Shown here: piece by piece, positions 19,674 through 30,916 of the stretch
Layout of the letters: each line of letters starts with the position of its first letter
Position numbering within the stretch: position 1 is the first letter of the stretch
NCBI GenBank assembly: GCA_049967475.1
Contig: JBMFSQ010000005.1
Location: forward strand, 23,172 to 87,171
Length of the DNA stretch: 64,000 nucleotides
Direction: 5' to 3'
Origin: Chthonomonadales bacterium
GTDB taxonomy: Bacteria; Armatimonadota; Chthonomonadetes; Chthonomonadales; CAJBBX01
Program-made: the position numbers and the translations under genes
The notes under the pieces: generated by a model
What the model saw: only the letters and a program-made list of their open reading frames with translations
The model's database searches: none
What the model was told of the DNA's origin: nothing

Positions 19674-22600
19674 ATGCGCGTAGGATTTGCCGGGCGGCTC
19701 GCCGCCGCCTTCATCAACTCGAAACTGACGCCGGTGATCATCCTGGCCTCTTTGCTGCTGGGGGTCTTCGCAGTGCTCCGCACAGCCCGCGAGGAGGAGC
19801 CACAGATCATCGTGCCCATGATTGACGTCATGGTGAGGATGCCGGGCGCCACTGCCAAAGAAGTAGAGCAGCGCATCAGCGTGCCCATGGAGCAGCTCAT
19901 CTGGGAGATACCTGGCGTGGAGTACGTCTACACGATCTCCAGTCCCGGTCAATCCATGGCGATTGTGCGCTTCTACGTGGGCCAAAACCAAGAGGCCAGC
20001 CTCGTCAAGCTCCGCGAGAAGTTGATGTCTCATGCGGACATCATCCCCCCGGGAGCCAGCCAGCCGCTTATCCGGGCCCGTTCCATAGACGACGTGCCCA
20101 TCCTGGCAGTGACGCTACACAGCTCCAGGTACGACGATTACGCACTGAGGCTTCTGGCAACCCGCGTTGCCGACGCCGTCAAGCAGGTGCCCGACGTGGC
20201 CGAAACCACCATCATCGGCGGGCGGCGCCGCGAACTCCGCGTGATCCTCAATCGGGACAAGCTCGCCGGGTTTCACCTGGCGCCCGATATGGTTGCTCAG
20301 GCCATCGGCGCAGCCAACCAGCGTGCGTCCGCTGGAAGCTTCTCGGATAACAACGACGACATCCTCGTGCGCAGCGGCAAGTTCCTCCGCACTCCGGGAG
20401 ATGCCGCCAACTTGGTGGTCGGATCCGCCAACGGCCGCCCCATCTTCCTCAAAGATGTAGCAACGGTGGTGGACGGACCTTCCGAGCCCACCGACTATGT
20501 CCTCTTCGGTCGAGGACCCGCATGGAAGCCGGAGCGGCAAGAACGCGCCCCCAGCGTGTCCGCAATAGAACCGGCAGTAACCATCTCGGTGGCCAAGCGG
20601 CCTGGCACCAATGCTATAGACATCGCCGACCGTGTGTTGGCCAAGATCAACAGCCTCAAGGGAACGCTCATCCCAAGCGACGTCGAAGCAACCGTCACGC
20701 GCAACTACGGCGATACGGCCAGTGAGAAGTCCAATGACCTGTTGTTCCATATGATGATCGCAGTGGTATCTGTAACGCTGCTGATCGCCATCACCCTCGG
20801 CTGGCGGGAGTCGCTCGTGGTTGCCATCGCAATCCCGGTAACCTTGGCCCTCACGCTGCTCGTGTTTTACCTGTACGGATACACGCTCAACCGCATCACG
20901 CTCTTTGCGCTGATCTTCTCCATCGGCATCCTCGTGGATGACGCGATCGTAGTAGTTGAGAACATCGTACGCCATTACCGCCTGCCCATCCCCGAACGCC
21001 GGCCGCCGCTCGAGGCGGCAATCCAGGCGGTGGATGAAGTGGGCAATCCAACCATCCTCGCGACGTTCACCGTCATTGCTGCAGTGCTCCCCATGGCACT
21101 GGTGAGCGGCCTCATGGGCCCTTACATGCGGCCCATACCCATCGGGTCGTCGGCGGCGATGCTCTTCTCCCTCGCTATCGCGTTCATCGTCACGCCGTGG
21201 GCCGCATACCGCCTGCTTCGAAGCGAGACACTTCACACCGGCCGTGAGGGGCATCGCCCGTCTCTCGTGGCAAGGCTCTTCGGGCGCCACCACGAGGACC
21301 ACGCGTCCGACGCGGGCACTCAAGGAGACGGGCCTCACTGTGCGGATCCGCGGCACATGCACCAAACCCATGAAGGTTGGATGGCCCGCTTCTTCAGGGC
21401 AACCACTGTGCCTCTGCTCCGGTCGTGGCCGCTGCGGTGGGCCTTTCTAGGTTCCATTGTGCTGATGCTCATCGGAGCCGTGGCCCTCATCGGATACCGC
21501 ATCGTTATTGTGAAGATGCTGCCCTTCGACAACAAGAACGAATTCCAGATTATCGTGGATATGCCCAACGGCACAACTCTGGAGCAAACCGCTGCAGCCA
21601 CCCGGGCCCTGGCGGACCTGATCGCCAAAGTCCCCGAGGTAAAGGATTACCAGATGTACGTGGGTACTGCCAGCCCCTTCAACTTCAACGGACTGGTGCG
21701 CCACTACTTTACCCGCCGCCAGCCCTATCAAGGCGACATTCAGGTGAACCTCATCGGCAAGCACGAGCGGAAGGCGCAAAGCCACGATATCGTAAAGCGC
21801 ATCCGCCCCGCCATTGCCCGCATCGCCCAGCAATGGGGGGTTCGCGTGAAGGTTGCCGAAGTCCCACCGGGACCGCCCGTCCTGGAAACCCTTGTGGCGG
21901 AAATCTACGGCCCAACCGATGAAGGCCGGGCACGTGTAGCCGCCCAAATCAAGAAGATCTTCCAAACCACGCCAGGCGTTACGGACGTGGATTGGTACAT
22001 GGACGACGATCAGCCCACATATCAATTCACGGTAGACAAAGAGAAGGCCGCGTTGAACGGCGTGGACACCGAGGCGGTGAACCGCACCCTGGCTATGTCC
22101 TTAGGCGGCGCGCCCATCGGGCTGGCGCATGACGAACATGCCCGGGAAGATGTGCCCATCGTCGTGCAGCTTCCACGCGCCCAGCGCAGCGGCCTCCGCC
22201 GACTGGAACAGATTTACGTAGCCGCACGGGACGGTCACCTGGTGCCTCTGAAGGAGTTGGTGCGCCCCCAAGCGATACCCATGGACAAGACGATCTACCA
22301 CAAGAACCTCTTGCCTGTGGTATACGTCACCGGCGACGTTACAGGGCGCCAGGAGAGCCCGGTATACGCCATGATCGCCATGAACAAGGCCATCGCAAAG
22401 CTGCGACTGCCCGAGGGCTACAAACTGAACGTCCTCACCACGCATCTGCCGGAGACCACAAACCGATACCAGATGAAATGGGATGGCGAATGGCAGATCA
22501 CCTACGAAGTATTCCGAGATCTGGGCATCGCCTTCGCAGCCGTGATGGTGCTTATCTACATCCTGGTTGTGGGATGGTTCCAATCGTTCCGCACCCCCTT

Positions 22601-23048
22601 CATCATCATGGCGCCGATACCGCTCACCCTCATCGGTATCCTGCCCGCTCATGCTCTGCTGGGGGCGTTCTTCACCGCCACCTCCATGATCGGCTTCATT
22701 GCAGGAGCCGGCATCATGGTGCGCAATTCCATCATCCTGGTGGACTTCATCGAACTGCGCCTGCGCCAGGGAATGACGCTGGAGGAGGCTGTGATAGACG
22801 CAGGCATCGTGCGCTTCCGGCCTATGCTTTTGACTGCTGCGGCCGTGGTTGTGGGAGCCATCGTGATCTTGTTCGACCCCATCTTTCAGGGGCTGGCAAT
22901 CTCGCTCATGGCAGGCGGCGTCACGTCTACGCTGCTTTCACGGCCCGTTGTCCCTGTTCTCTATTACATGATGCGGGCGCGCGAGAAAGAGCTGAGGCAG
23001 GAAGCGCCCTTCGGCCGCCCCAAGGAGATGGCCGAGATTCAATCGTAA
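19674..23048 (+). CDS. RND efflux permease (AcrB/AcrD/AcrF family)
   Basis: [39 protein letters not shown]. Confidence 0.95.
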   Translation: MRVGFAGRLAAAFINSKLTPVIILASLLLGVFAVLRTAREEEPQIIVPMIDVMVRMPGATAKEVEQRISVPMEQLIWEIPGVEYVYTISSPGQSMAIVRFYVGQNQEASLVKLREKLMSHADIIPPGASQPLIRARSIDDVPILAVTLHSSRYDDYALRLLATRVADAVKQVPDVAETTIIGGRRRELRVILNRDKLAGFHLAPDMVAQAIGAANQRASAGSFSDNNDDILVRSGKFLRTPGDAANLVVGSANGRPIFLKDVATVVDGPSEPTDYVLFGRGPAWKPERQERAPSVSAIEPAVTISVAKRPGTNAIDIADRVLAKINSLKGTLIPSDVEATVTRNYGDTASEKSNDLLFHMMIAVVSVTLLIAITLGWRESLVVAIAIPVTLALTLLVFYLYGYTLNRITLFALIFSIGILVDDAIVVVENIVRHYRLPIPERRPPLEAAIQAVDEVGNPTILATFTVIAAVLPMALVSGLMGPYMRPIPIGSSAAMLFSLAIAFIVTPWAAYRLLRSETLHTGREGHRPSLVARLFGRHHEDHASDAGTQGDGPHCADPRHMHQTHEGWMARFFRATTVPLLRSWPLRWAFLGSIVLMLIGAVALIGYRIVIVKMLPFDNKNEFQIIVDMPNGTTLEQTAAATRALADLIAKVPEVKDYQMYVGTASPFNFNGLVRHYFTRRQPYQGDIQVNLIGKHERKAQSHDIVKRIRPAIARIAQQWGVRVKVAEVPPGPPVLETLVAEIYGPTDEGRARVAAQIKKIFQTTPGVTDVDWYMDDDQPTYQFTVDKEKAALNGVDTEAVNRTLAMSLGGAPIGLAHDEHAREDVPIVVQLPRAQRSGLRRLEQIYVAARDGHLVPLKELVRPQAIPMDKTIYHKNLLPVVYVTGDVTGRQESPVYAMIAMNKAIAKLRLPEGYKLNVLTTHLPETTNRYQMKWDGEWQITYEVFRDLGIAFAAVMVLIYILVVGWFQSFRTPFIIMAPIPLTLIGILPAHALLGAFFTATSMIGFIAGAGIMVRNSIILVDFIELRLRQGMTLEEAVIDAGIVRFRPMLLTAAAVVVGAIVILFDPIFQGLAISLMAGGVTSTLLSRPVVPVLYYMMRAREKELRQEAPFGRPKEMAEIQS

Positions 23049-23145
23049 TCGTCCGGGCCCGCCTTCGCGGTTGCCCCGGCCTCTGGCGCAACAGCGGTAC
23101 GATCCGGCGCGCCCAGATGGCCCTATATCTATAAGGAGGTGAAAA

Positions 23146-23382
23146 ATGTCCGTAGAACGTTGGCTCAGGCTCATTGCCGGCCTCTTCGTGGCTGGAACAG
23201 TCCTGCTGGGCGTAACCGTGAGCCCTTGGTTCTTTGCGTTCACCGCATTCGTGGGGCTCAACCTCATCCAATCGGCCTTCACCAATTGGTGCCCCATGAT
23301 GTGGGTCGTGCGCAAGCTGGGAGCTCCACCCTGCCAAACAGAGGAAGGACACGCGGCTCAGCCGGCTGGCCGAACCGCATAA
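23146..23382 (+). CDS. DUF2892 (YgaP-like) membrane protein
   Basis: VERWLRLIAG...FVGLNLIQSAFTNWCP; AAGGAGG RBS. Confidence 0.9.
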   Translation: MSVERWLRLIAGLFVAGTVLLGVTVSPWFFAFTAFVGLNLIQSAFTNWCPMMWVVRKLGAPPCQTEEGHAAQPAGRTA

Positions 23383-23426
23383 CGCTTCTACCCGCAGGGG
23401 GGTGCCGCCGGTTGACGCCTCCCTGC

Positions 23427-23460
23427 GGGAACCTCCCGCTCCGGCCGGCGTCCTGAAAGT
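23427..23460 (+). promoter_or_regulatory. ECF sigma-type promoter (probably autoregulatory)
   Basis: GGGAAC-N16-CGTCCTGAAAGT directly upstream of the ECF sigma gene; identical boxes at 37399-37432 on the minus strand. Confidence 0.75.
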
Positions 23461-23464
23461 AGCG

Positions 23465-24115
23465 ATGGAAGGGGCCATGGTGAGCAGCTTCGCCCAACAA
23501 GGATGGGCCCAAGAGGATGCGGAGATCGTGCGGCGGGTGCGCCGCGGCGACACTCAAGCGTTCGACGCCCTCTTCCACCGTTACTATAACCCGATCTACG
23601 GCTTTGCCTTCCACCTGTTGGGAGACGGAACCGCGGCCGAGGATGTGGCCCAGGAGGCATTCGTGCGGGCCTTTGCCGGTATCGCCGGGCTCCGCGATGC
23701 CGACGCCTTTCTGGAGTGGATGTATCGCATCACTCTGAACTTGGTTCGAGATCGCGCCCGCAACAATCGAAGAAAACCCTGGATCAGCTTCTTCGATCTC
23801 CGAAAATCAAGAAGCCGAGAAGAGGCCGAACCTGTGGACTTTGCCGATGCCGCGCTCGACCCGGCGCGCATCGCCCAGTCGGACGCACGCGCAGGTGCTC
23901 TCTATGCCGCTATTGCAGCCCTTCCCCAGGAGTTCCGCGAAGTAGTAGTACTCCACCACTTGCAAAAGGTAGGTGTTCAGGGAATCGCCCGCCTTCTGGG
24001 GGTACCCGAAGGAACCGTGAAGTCACGGCTGGGAAGGGCTCGGGCTAAGCTGCGATCTGCTTTGGCGGATTGGATCGAAGGAGTAGACGACGATGCCCAA
24101 CGAAGCAGCACATGA
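23465..24115 (+). CDS. ECF RNA polymerase sigma factor (start 23465 or 23477)
   Basis: AEDVAQEAF, WMYRITLN, PEGTVKSRLGRAR. Confidence 0.93.
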   Translation: MEGAMVSSFAQQGWAQEDAEIVRRVRRGDTQAFDALFHRYYNPIYGFAFHLLGDGTAAEDVAQEAFVRAFAGIAGLRDADAFLEWMYRITLNLVRDRARNNRRKPWISFFDLRKSRSREEAEPVDFADAALDPARIAQSDARAGALYAAIAALPQEFREVVVLHHLQKVGVQGIARLLGVPEGTVKSRLGRARAKLRSALADWIEGVDDDAQRSST

Positions 24116-24617
24116 TCAAAACACGTGCGCAAGGATCCAGGACCAGATCGCCGCGTATCGCGAGGGCTGGCTGGAACCGCAGGCGGCACACACAGTGGAG
24201 GAACACCTCCTTCTTTGCCCCGCGTGCAGCGCACACCTTCGCCTGGATAGCGCCCTTGTTCAGGCAATCGAAGAGCTTCCACCGGTGCAGGCACCTCAGG
24301 CGGAGTGGACCGCTGTGGCGGCTCAAAGGGGAGTACCGCTCCGCACAAGGGACCCCAAACCTGTTCCCGCGCTCGCCTGGGCCGGCGCTGCTGCCATATT
24401 GGCGGTAGTTGCCCTCATGGTCCCTCAGATCCTGAATTACCGCCCCTCGCGCAATCCGGCGGGCGTCTCGCCTCCGATCACCGCTCCTTTCGTGCGGGTA
24501 GCCGACACTGTGCGTGACAATGCGCTCGCAGCCCATGCGCTCGCATCAGCTTCGTCGGCGGGAGAAGATCCTAATCGCGCCATCCTCCTTGGCTACGCCG
24601 CTATGGAAGAGAGATAG
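24093..24617 (+). CDS. Zinc-binding anti-sigma factor (zf-HC2) with TM helix
   Basis: HLLLCPAC motif and a single TM; overlaps the sigma gene. Confidence 0.88.
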   Translation: MPNEAAHDQNTCARIQDQIAAYREGWLEPQAAHTVEEHLLLCPACSAHLRLDSALVQAIEELPPVQAPQAEWTAVAAQRGVPLRTRDPKPVPALAWAGAAAILAVVALMVPQILNYRPSRNPAGVSPPITAPFVRVADTVRDNALAAHALASASSAGEDPNRAILLGYAAMEER

Positions 24618-24619
24618 CC

Positions 24620-25600
24620 GTGAAGAGGCTGATTACGCCAATCGGTTTGCTGGTTCTCTGCAGTGGAGCCTGGGCTCAGCCCACAAATGAGGGCGCCCTG
24701 TTCCTCCAAAAGGCTCTGTCCGGCCCGGTGAAGCCGTATACTGCGTCCGCCCGCATTACTCTTTACAGGGACAACGGCCCCCCAACAACGGCAGACGTGC
24801 GCATCTATGCCGACGGAAAGGGCGACGTTCTTCGGCAATATTCCGGGCCGGCGCAACAACGCATCCGCCTGCTCAAGAAGGGTACCGCCTGGTGGCAGCA
24901 GCAGCCGAACGGCGAGTGGATCCGCCTCCCCGATGCAGCCGATGCAGACCCTGCCCTGGCCGCCCGATTGATCCTCGGCGCCTATCGAGTTCACGTACAG
25001 CCCGCCCCGCCCGTCGCCGGACTCGACACCGTCCGAATAGAGTTGGAACCCCTCCACGCATGGGATCCTTCCCGGCGCCTTTGGATGAACCCCAGCACCG
25101 GCATCATTTTGCGCGACGAGTTCCTTGCCCCAGGCGGGAAGCTGCGATCCAGCACCGAGGTGCTTCATGTGGAGCTGAAGCCTCAGGAGCCTGCGCTGTT
25201 TCGGGCCCCCGTACGCGCTTTGCCGAATTCGCTTTTCGGCCCTGCTTCTTTTTCGCCGCGACCATCGCAAGCAGACGTGGAGAAGGAAACGCAACGCCCG
25301 ATCCTGCTGCCTGCGTACGTTCCGCCGGGATACCGCATCGTGCTGTTTGGCGTCATGCGCACCGGAAGCGGGCGCCTCATGCCGGTGGTACGTTACTCCA
25401 ACGGCATTTCGGCCTTCAGCGTATTTCAGCGCGGCCGAGGACCCCGCATGCACCCCGGCGCGCCCCAGAAGCCGCGATGCGTGGGATCTACATCCCTGCA
25501 GCAGGCGGTGGTAACCGTCACCGGCCGCCGTGCCAACTACATCCTCCTGGGCGATCTCGCGGAAGCCATCCTCCAGCGCGTGGGCCGCTCTCTTCCGTAA
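24620..25600 (+). CDS. MucB/RseB-like (LolA-fold) periplasmic regulator
   Basis: Signal peptide, RRLWMNPSTGIILR, LPAYVPPGY, YSNGISAFSVFQ; third gene of the ECF operon. Confidence 0.75.
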   Translation: MKRLITPIGLLVLCSGAWAQPTNEGALFLQKALSGPVKPYTASARITLYRDNGPPTTADVRIYADGKGDVLRQYSGPAQQRIRLLKKGTAWWQQQPNGEWIRLPDAADADPALAARLILGAYRVHVQPAPPVAGLDTVRIELEPLHAWDPSRRLWMNPSTGIILRDEFLAPGGKLRSSTEVLHVELKPQEPALFRAPVRALPNSLFGPASFSPRPSQADVEKETQRPILLPAYVPPGYRIVLFGVMRTGSGRLMPVVRYSNGISAFSVFQRGRGPRMHPGAPQKPRCVGSTSLQQAVVTVTGRRANYILLGDLAEAILQRVGRSLP

Positions 25601-25639
25601 AAAAGCTTGGCGCGCCTCTGCCGGCACTAATCGGGCCGA

Positions 25640-26656
25640 TCACTTTGGAGGGGCCGGCGCGTTGGCCGGAACCGTCTCCTTCACCAGAGGAGTGATCGCG
25701 GCATCCAGGGTCGCCTCGGTGGTCCCTGCATCCACGTTTTTGAAGAGGAACCAGTGCTCCGTGTGCTCGGCAACTCCGTTCGGCTCGATGCGCTGCAACG
25801 GTCCTAAGGTTTCCAGCTCCATGAAGTCCCCAGCGGTGTAGGTTTCGTTGTTGCAACCGTAGTCGGGATACGCGGCTCCTTCCACGAAGGGGAACCGCTT
25901 GACGAACAGCACGTGGTCCCGCAGGTATGCCGCCCAACCTTGCTTATTCATGATGCCTACCTTGTTGGGATCCTTCATGGAGGTTACGGTCTTGAGGCGG
26001 ATGTATTTCTTGCCGATGGTAAATCGCGGATCACTGAGGTCCGAATAATGCCACAGAACCAGGGCCCGCGCCGGCAGAAGATAGTCGTCATGTGAGATGT
26101 ACGGCTCCTGCGGTATGATCGTCTCGCCGCCGCCGTGCATGATTGTAAGCGCCCATGGCGCGGCATCCACAGGCCAAAGCCCCTTGTTGATGATGCGGTG
26201 CACAATTGTGACTTCGGTCCCTGTAGGGCTCAGGGTCACCACCATCTCTTTCTGCATGCCGGTGGCAGGCTCAACGGGTTCGGTGAGGCGCACCGTATTC
26301 TCGCCCTCCTGCTTGAATTCGATGGGGCTGTTATCGGGCGAATAGCTCCTGGGCATGGCTTCGGGGGCATGCCACAGCCGGTGGCCGCCCCAAGGCTTCC
26401 AATCTCCCAGCGTCGTGTGGACTACTACGTCGGGAAGTTCTGCCAGGATATTGTCGCCGCCTACGAAGCCATACCGGATGATGCGCGGCCCAATATCCGT
26501 AGTGACGATGAGCTCAACAGTACCGTTGCTGACACGGTAGCAGTTGGGCAGGTTCATATAGGCAACCTTCTCCACCTTCACGTCCCCCCATGCAGGAAGC
26601 CCCAAGACTGCCAGCAACAATGCACCCGAACAGATCCTGATCATTGCCTTCTCCAT
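25640..26656 (-). CDS. Exported protein, DUF4380/aldose-epimerase-like beta-sandwich
   Basis: Signal peptide; TTDIGPRII, GGHRLWHAPE, ELETLGPL. Confidence 0.65.
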   Translation of the reverse strand: MEKAMIRICSGALLLAVLGLPAWGDVKVEKVAYMNLPNCYRVSNGTVELIVTTDIGPRIIRYGFVGGDNILAELPDVVVHTTLGDWKPWGGHRLWHAPEAMPRSYSPDNSPIEFKQEGENTVRLTEPVEPATGMQKEMVVTLSPTGTEVTIVHRIINKGLWPVDAAPWALTIMHGGGETIIPQEPYISHDDYLLPARALVLWHYSDLSDPRFTIGKKYIRLKTVTSMKDPNKVGIMNKQGWAAYLRDHVLFVKRFPFVEGAAYPDYGCNNETYTAGDFMELETLGPLQRIEPNGVAEHTEHWFLFKNVDAGTTEATLDAAITPLVKETVPANAPAPPK

Positions 26657-26699
26657 GCCCGGCCTCCATGAGTTTCAGCCAGCGCCACTTGGCTCCGCC

Positions 26700-27416
26700 T
26701 CAATCGCCCAGACTGCCCACCGGCCGCTCCGCAGGCTCAGCCGGCGCGAGTACGTGCACTCGGCGACCTTCGATTTGCAAGCGACCCTCCGCAAACAAGG
26801 ACACGGCCTGCACGTAGGCGCGATGTTCCTCCGGAAGGATGCGCGCGGCGAGTGTTTGGGGCGTGTCCTCGTCGAGAACCGGCACGCAACGTTGAATGAT
26901 GATGGGTCCCGTGTCGTATTCGGCATCCACAAAATGGACGGTGCAGCCCGACACTTTCATGCCGCTCTCCAGCACAGCCTGATGCACCCGCTCTCCGAAC
27001 ATCCCCCGGCCGCCAAAGAGGGGCAGCAGCGCCGGATGGATGTTCATGATGCGGCCGGGATAGGCCTCCACCACTACTGAGGGCAATTTGCGCATATATC
27101 CTGCCAAGCACACAAGCCCCACCCCACGCGCAGAGAGCGTTCGAAGAAGAGCTCGCCCGTAAGCCTCGTCATCTGCTCCGTATTTCTTTGGCGATACCAC
27201 GAGTGTAGGTACACCGTGCGTGCGAGCCCGTTCCAATGCCGGCGCTGTGTGCCGGGTGCCGATCACGATTTCCACCGAGCCGCGGATCTTCCCGCATGCG
27301 CAGGCATCCAGGATTGCCTGGAGGTTCGATCCTCTCCCGTGCCCGCTCACCAAAACTGCAATCCGCAGGGAAGGCGGCCCGGAAACCCGCGCCTCCTCAT
27401 CAGCAGCCATCTCCAT
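26700..27416 (-). CDS. purN: Phosphoribosylglycinamide formyltransferase
   Basis: GRGSNLQAI, LAGYMR, NIHPALLP, GCTVHFVD..YDTGPII. Confidence 0.96.
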   Translation of the reverse strand: MEMAADEEARVSGPPSLRIAVLVSGHGRGSNLQAILDACACGKIRGSVEIVIGTRHTAPALERARTHGVPTLVVSPKKYGADDEAYGRALLRTLSARGVGLVCLAGYMRKLPSVVVEAYPGRIMNIHPALLPLFGGRGMFGERVHQAVLESGMKVSGCTVHFVDAEYDTGPIIIQRCVPVLDEDTPQTLAARILPEEHRAYVQAVSLFAEGRLQIEGRRVHVLAPAEPAERPVGSLGD

Positions 27417-27527
27417 AAATCCCCCTGGTCCTCGTGATTGTGCCCGGCGCTTCCGCCGAAACCCGTCACGCCGTTCTGCCTCGCCGTCCGCAATGCCCGT
27501 ACTACCCGAGAGCAGCGGGCGCCGTCC

Positions 27528-28700
27528 CTAGAAGCGCGTGAGTGTGCTGAAAATGCTGAGGGGATATAGGATATCCAGCCAGTTGAAGGCATGCGAGGAT
27601 TTCGCTGGAACGTACACGATATCGTTGGGCTGTAGTGCCACGTTCTTGGCGAGATCATGCGTCTTCAGCATCCGCTCTACGTTTACCTCGGTCACAGTGG
27701 GTTTGCCGTTGACCGTACGGATCACTCCAACCCGGCGCATGTCCGCCAGCGACCCCTGGCCGCCCGCTCCGGCCAAGTTCAGCGCATCCAGCACGGTAAC
27801 CGGTTTGCGCTCTGGGAGCACGTAATACCCGGGATGCCCTACTTGCCCCATCACGGCATACCGCGTCTCGATGGGCGGGATCACCACCACATCGCCTGGC
27901 TTCAACTTGAACGAGGCGGCAGGATCCGTAAGCTTGCTTTCGGCGAATACCGGGTATAGGTTGACAGGGATTTCCTTCTTGTCGCGGAGCACATACGCCT
28001 TGCTCAATGCAGCCTTGTCTGTGGGCCCGCCTGCCTGTACGATGATGGCTGCCAGATCCACTCCCGGATCCAATTCATAGGCGCCCTGCTTCCCAACTTC
28101 ACCCATTACATTGACCTGGTTGCGTGAAGGCTCTGCCTCGTCCAGGATGATCAGGTCGTCGGGTTCCAGGGGAACGTTGGCAGGGCCATCGGGGTGCGCA
28201 AGGGCCTCAACCAGATCCAGATTGATGATCTGGCTACCGTTGCGGATCAGTTTGGCAGAGATGCGCGAGGGTTTGGCAACGAGCCCGCCGGCCTGGGCGA
28301 TGATGTCAATCAGCTTGCCGCCCTGCTTCAGGTCGTAGGCGCCTGCGGATCCGCGCACTGCACCGATCACCCGAACGCGCCGGGAATGGATTTCCTTCAC
28401 CAGCACGGCTACGGACACGTTGTTGCGAACCTTCTCGAGGCCCTTTTGGATATCAGCCGCCAACTGCTTGGGGGTTTTGCCGGCAGCCTTGATTTCTCCC
28501 ACGTCGGGAAAGATGATCTTTCCGTCTGGCAGCACCACAAGAAGCTTGTTGAGGTCTTCGTGGTTCAGCACAGACACTTCGATAACGTCGTCGGGCCCGA
28601 GCACGTAATCCCCTGAAGGGGGCTTCGTCTGCGCTGACGATGCGCCTGCCAGGAATACGGCGAAAAGGGCCACGAGGGCTCCGATCCGTCTCATCCTCAT
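27528..28700 (-). CDS. Polysaccharide export protein (Wza/Poly_export + SLBB repeats)
   Basis: YVLGPDDVIEVSV, VLPDGKIIFP, three SLBB repeats, C-terminal amphipathic helix. Confidence 0.9.
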   Translation of the reverse strand: MRMRRIGALVALFAVFLAGASSAQTKPPSGDYVLGPDDVIEVSVLNHEDLNKLLVVLPDGKIIFPDVGEIKAAGKTPKQLAADIQKGLEKVRNNVSVAVLVKEIHSRRVRVIGAVRGSAGAYDLKQGGKLIDIIAQAGGLVAKPSRISAKLIRNGSQIINLDLVEALAHPDGPANVPLEPDDLIILDEAEPSRNQVNVMGEVGKQGAYELDPGVDLAAIIVQAGGPTDKAALSKAYVLRDKKEIPVNLYPVFAESKLTDPAASFKLKPGDVVVIPPIETRYAVMGQVGHPGYYVLPERKPVTVLDALNLAGAGGQGSLADMRRVGVIRTVNGKPTVTEVNVERMLKTHDLAKNVALQPNDIVYVPAKSSHAFNWLDILYPLSIFSTLTRF

Positions 28701-30916
28701 GCCTTTTCCTCCTCTGGCGCGGCCTCCTCGGACGTGGGGGCAGCGTCTTCTTCCCCGTTATGCCGATCTTTACCGTTGGAGATGAGCGCCTCAAATTCCC
28801 GTGCCTTCCGCGCGGCGCGCCCGTCTCCATCCCCAATCTGTGGCGTGTTGTAATAGTTATAGTACCGGTAGTAGCCGTAGTAGTAGTCGTCACGCCGGGA
28901 GGTGAGGTCAATCTTGTTGAAGACCACACCCAGAACCCGCGCCCTGGCCTGTTGCAGCAGCTCCACGGCATGGCGTACAGCGGATTTGCGGGCTTCCCCA
29001 AACTGCACTACATAAAGCACCCCATCGGCTTCGGCAGCAAGTACTTGGGCGTCGGCGGTAGCGAGGAAGGGCGGGCTATCGAAAATCACCACATCCGCCA
29101 TAGCCTTGAGCTGCTCATGCACGTGCGCCATGGCACGCGAGTTCAACAGCTCCGCCGGATTGGGAGGCAAGGGCCCGGCAGTCAACAATCGCAATCCGGG
29201 AACCCCTGTGTCCTTGAGGGCGTCCTCCAGGGCGGTGTGCCCAACCAGCACATTCGTGAGCCCCGGACGTTGATCCACGCCGAATTTCAAGTGGATGGTG
29301 GGCCGCCGCAGGTCCGCATCCACTAGGATGACCGTGCGCCCGTCCATTGCCATAGCGACCGCTAGGTTCGCCGCGGTTACGGACTTGCCCTCTCCGGGCG
29401 CGGTGCTGGTAACCAGGATGGAGGCGGTGGGTGCATCAACCGCAGCAAATTGCACATTCGTGCGCATTACACGGTAGCTCTCGAGCAGCGACCCGCCTCC
29501 TGTAGCGTTCGTGAGCAGGCGGTGCTTTTCGGCTTCAACCAATGGAACATAGCTGAGGATGGGCGCCTGCAGGATGCGCCGCGCGTCCTCGGGGGCGTTG
29601 ATGCGATCGTCCAGGTATTCCTGCAGCAGCGCGAAGCATAAGCCCAGCACCAAACCGAGGAGCGCCGCAAGCAGGAGGTTGTTGCCACGCTGCGGCGCCA
29701 CCTGCACCGCAGGGCCGGCAGGTGCAATCACTTGCACGGGGTCATGCGTCGCCTGTGCCCGTATCCCAAGATCCTCTACACTCTTGGCGAGCATGGCCAC
29801 AGTGGTCCTTTTCTCCTCCACGTCTCTCGTAAGGCGCCCCTCCTCCACCTCCAGCCGGCCGAATGAACCCATGTTTACGCTAGGGCGGTTTGCGAGGATG
29901 CGTGCGAACTCCGCCTTCTTTTGGGCAAGGTTGGCCTCGGTCTCGGCGATGCGCGTGTCGTAAGCATCCAGACTGGGGTTGGGGATTACGTTCGTCATCG
30001 TGATCGTGTCTGGAGTTTTGGCAAGTTGATCCCGCAGCTCTTTAATCTGCGCGTCCACTTCCTGGACCTTCACATGAGACGGTTTGTACAGGATCAACAA
30101 CCCCTGGCGATCCGTTTCGAGGGATGCAATCTTATCCCGTATGGCCTGCTTGGCGGCGGTGTTGGACACCTGGTTCACCACGGTCTTAGTCTTGGGTTCC
30201 CGAGCGCGGGCTGCCTTGAGTTCGGCAAGCTGGGCTTCCAGACCATTCACCTCACCCTGCGTCTTGCGAAGGTCGGCATCCACCTGCGTCATCTCGGTAA
30301 TGGCCGCCTCTTTCTGTTTGGCCAGGCTCGCGATGCGGTTCTGGGCCCGGAATTCCTGAAGGCGATCCTCGGCCAATTGCAGTTTGCGGTTCTCTTCGGC
30401 ATACCGCTCCTTAGCAAAGGCGAGGGCCTTGTCTACCTCATCCTTGCGGCTGCCTGCCACATGTTTGCGGTAGGATTCGATGAGCTGTTGGGCGAAATCC
30501 GTGGCCCAGCGCGCCTTCCCCGCTTCGGCGGTAATCTCGATTACATCCGTGGCGCCTACCTGCTTCACCTGCACCCGAACGCCCCCACGCGGTACGCGGG
30601 AGGCGCGGAAGGCGTCATCCAAAAGCGTGTCTCCCTGAAGCACTTCGATCTGGGTGGCGACGTCGTGGCCGGTGTCGGGCATAAAGACGTTGCTGAGGGG
30701 ATTGCTCGAATCGTACTGTGCCAGGGTGAGGCTCTTTCCTTCCACGAGGATGCGGGCCGTGGTGCGATAGACCGGCTTCGCCATGAGGGTCACGACTACC
30801 CCTACCACGAACACCACGAGCATCGTCTGAATGATGATCGCCTTGCGGCGCCTCAGCAAATCCAGATAGTCCCGCAAGGACACTTCAGCCGGTTGCGCCC
30901 CATAATCATCCGACAT
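28697..30916 (-). CDS. Polysaccharide co-polymerase / BY-kinase (Wzc/GumC family)
   Basis: Two TMs flanking a coiled coil; PGEGKS Walker A, DADLRRP, DSPP, tyrosine cluster YYYGYYRYYNYY. Confidence 0.93.
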   Translation of the reverse strand: MSDDYGAQPAEVSLRDYLDLLRRRKAIIIQTMLVVFVVGVVVTLMAKPVYRTTARILVEGKSLTLAQYDSSNPLSNVFMPDTGHDVATQIEVLQGDTLLDDAFRASRVPRGGVRVQVKQVGATDVIEITAEAGKARWATDFAQQLIESYRKHVAGSRKDEVDKALAFAKERYAEENRKLQLAEDRLQEFRAQNRIASLAKQKEAAITEMTQVDADLRKTQGEVNGLEAQLAELKAARAREPKTKTVVNQVSNTAAKQAIRDKIASLETDRQGLLILYKPSHVKVQEVDAQIKELRDQLAKTPDTITMTNVIPNPSLDAYDTRIAETEANLAQKKAEFARILANRPSVNMGSFGRLEVEEGRLTRDVEEKRTTVAMLAKSVEDLGIRAQATHDPVQVIAPAGPAVQVAPQRGNNLLLAALLGLVLGLCFALLQEYLDDRINAPEDARRILQAPILSYVPLVEAEKHRLLTNATGGGSLLESYRVMRTNVQFAAVDAPTASILVTSTAPGEGKSVTAANLAVAMAMDGRTVILVDADLRRPTIHLKFGVDQRPGLTNVLVGHTALEDALKDTGVPGLRLLTAGPLPPNPAELLNSRAMAHVHEQLKAMADVVIFDSPPFLATADAQVLAAEADGVLYVVQFGEARKSAVRHAVELLQQARARVLGVVFNKIDLTSRRDDYYYGYYRYYNYYNTPQIGDGDGRAARKAREFEALISNGKDRHNGEEDAAPTSEEAAPEEEKA

